Assembly (NCBI GenBank): GCA_964487475.1
Contig: CAZAPM010000017.1
Location: 1-35,725 of the forward strand
DNA length: 35,725 bases
Reading direction: 5' to 3'
DNA from: an uncultured Planctomycetales bacterium
GTDB lineage: Bacteria > Omnitrophota > Gorgyraeia > Gygaellales > Profunditerraquicolaceae
Shown: positions 35,704 to 35,725 of the stretch, in pieces
How positions within the stretch are numbered: the stretch's first letter is position 1
Layout of the letters: each line of letters starts with the position of its first letter
The notes under the pieces: generated by a model
Told to the model about the DNA's origin: nothing
The model's database searches: none
The model's input: the letters and a program-made list of their open reading frames with translations, nothing else
Made by a program: the position numbers and the translations under genes

Positions 35704-35725
35704 ATGCGTATCTCCGTTGTCGTCC
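35704..35725 (+). CDS. 5' end of a gene truncated by the window (MRISVVV..., like a GT2 N-terminus)
   Basis: ATG after GAGGG; only 7 codons visible. Confidence 0.35.

Noticed and set aside
35023..35725. Integrative element at the tRNA genes
   Set aside because: No integrase or duplicated tRNA 3' end seen within the window
1..35725. CRISPR array, rRNA, IS transposase, prophage or defence genes
   Set aside because: No regularly spaced repeats or diagnostic motifs recognised by eye

Overview
A GC-rich bacterial chromosomal segment, almost entirely on the + strand, with about 36 CDSs and two tRNAs. The organism is a diderm: it has outer-membrane barrels, an OmpA/LysM lipoprotein and an autotransporter. 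The gene set is reminiscent of Ca. Omnitrophota-like bacteria, but that is inference only. Housekeeping genes include thyX, a SuhB-like inositol monophosphatase, menA, a short mscS, and tadA flanked by tRNA-Arg(ACG) and tRNA-Ser(GCT). Signalling genes are abundant: a PAS-only protein, a GAF kinase, a PAS/GAF/PocR HisKA_2 kinase, two stand-alone receivers and a PilZ protein. Two modules stand out as candidate undescribed systems. (1) An ECF sigma factor fused to its own zinc anti-sigma (ZAS) domain; its stop codon overlaps an ECF-type promoter (TGAAAC-N16-CATCTA) in front of a Cys-tailed rhodanese and a probable dual-start MsrAB, suggesting a one-component oxidative-repair regulon. (2) A TPR/beta-barrel (Slam-like), double-FecR, CHASE2 adenylate cyclase trans-envelope signalling operon. 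Also seen: a class D beta-lactamase-like gene, a TMEM175 K+ channel, an autotransporter/lipoprotein-hydrolase pair, a 59-aa HicB-like gene missing from the ORF track, a nested palindromic REP/MITE-like element, and twin hairpins around a SnoaL gene. No CRISPR array, rRNA, transposase or phage genes were recognised. All domain calls are from motif recognition by eye, not database searches.
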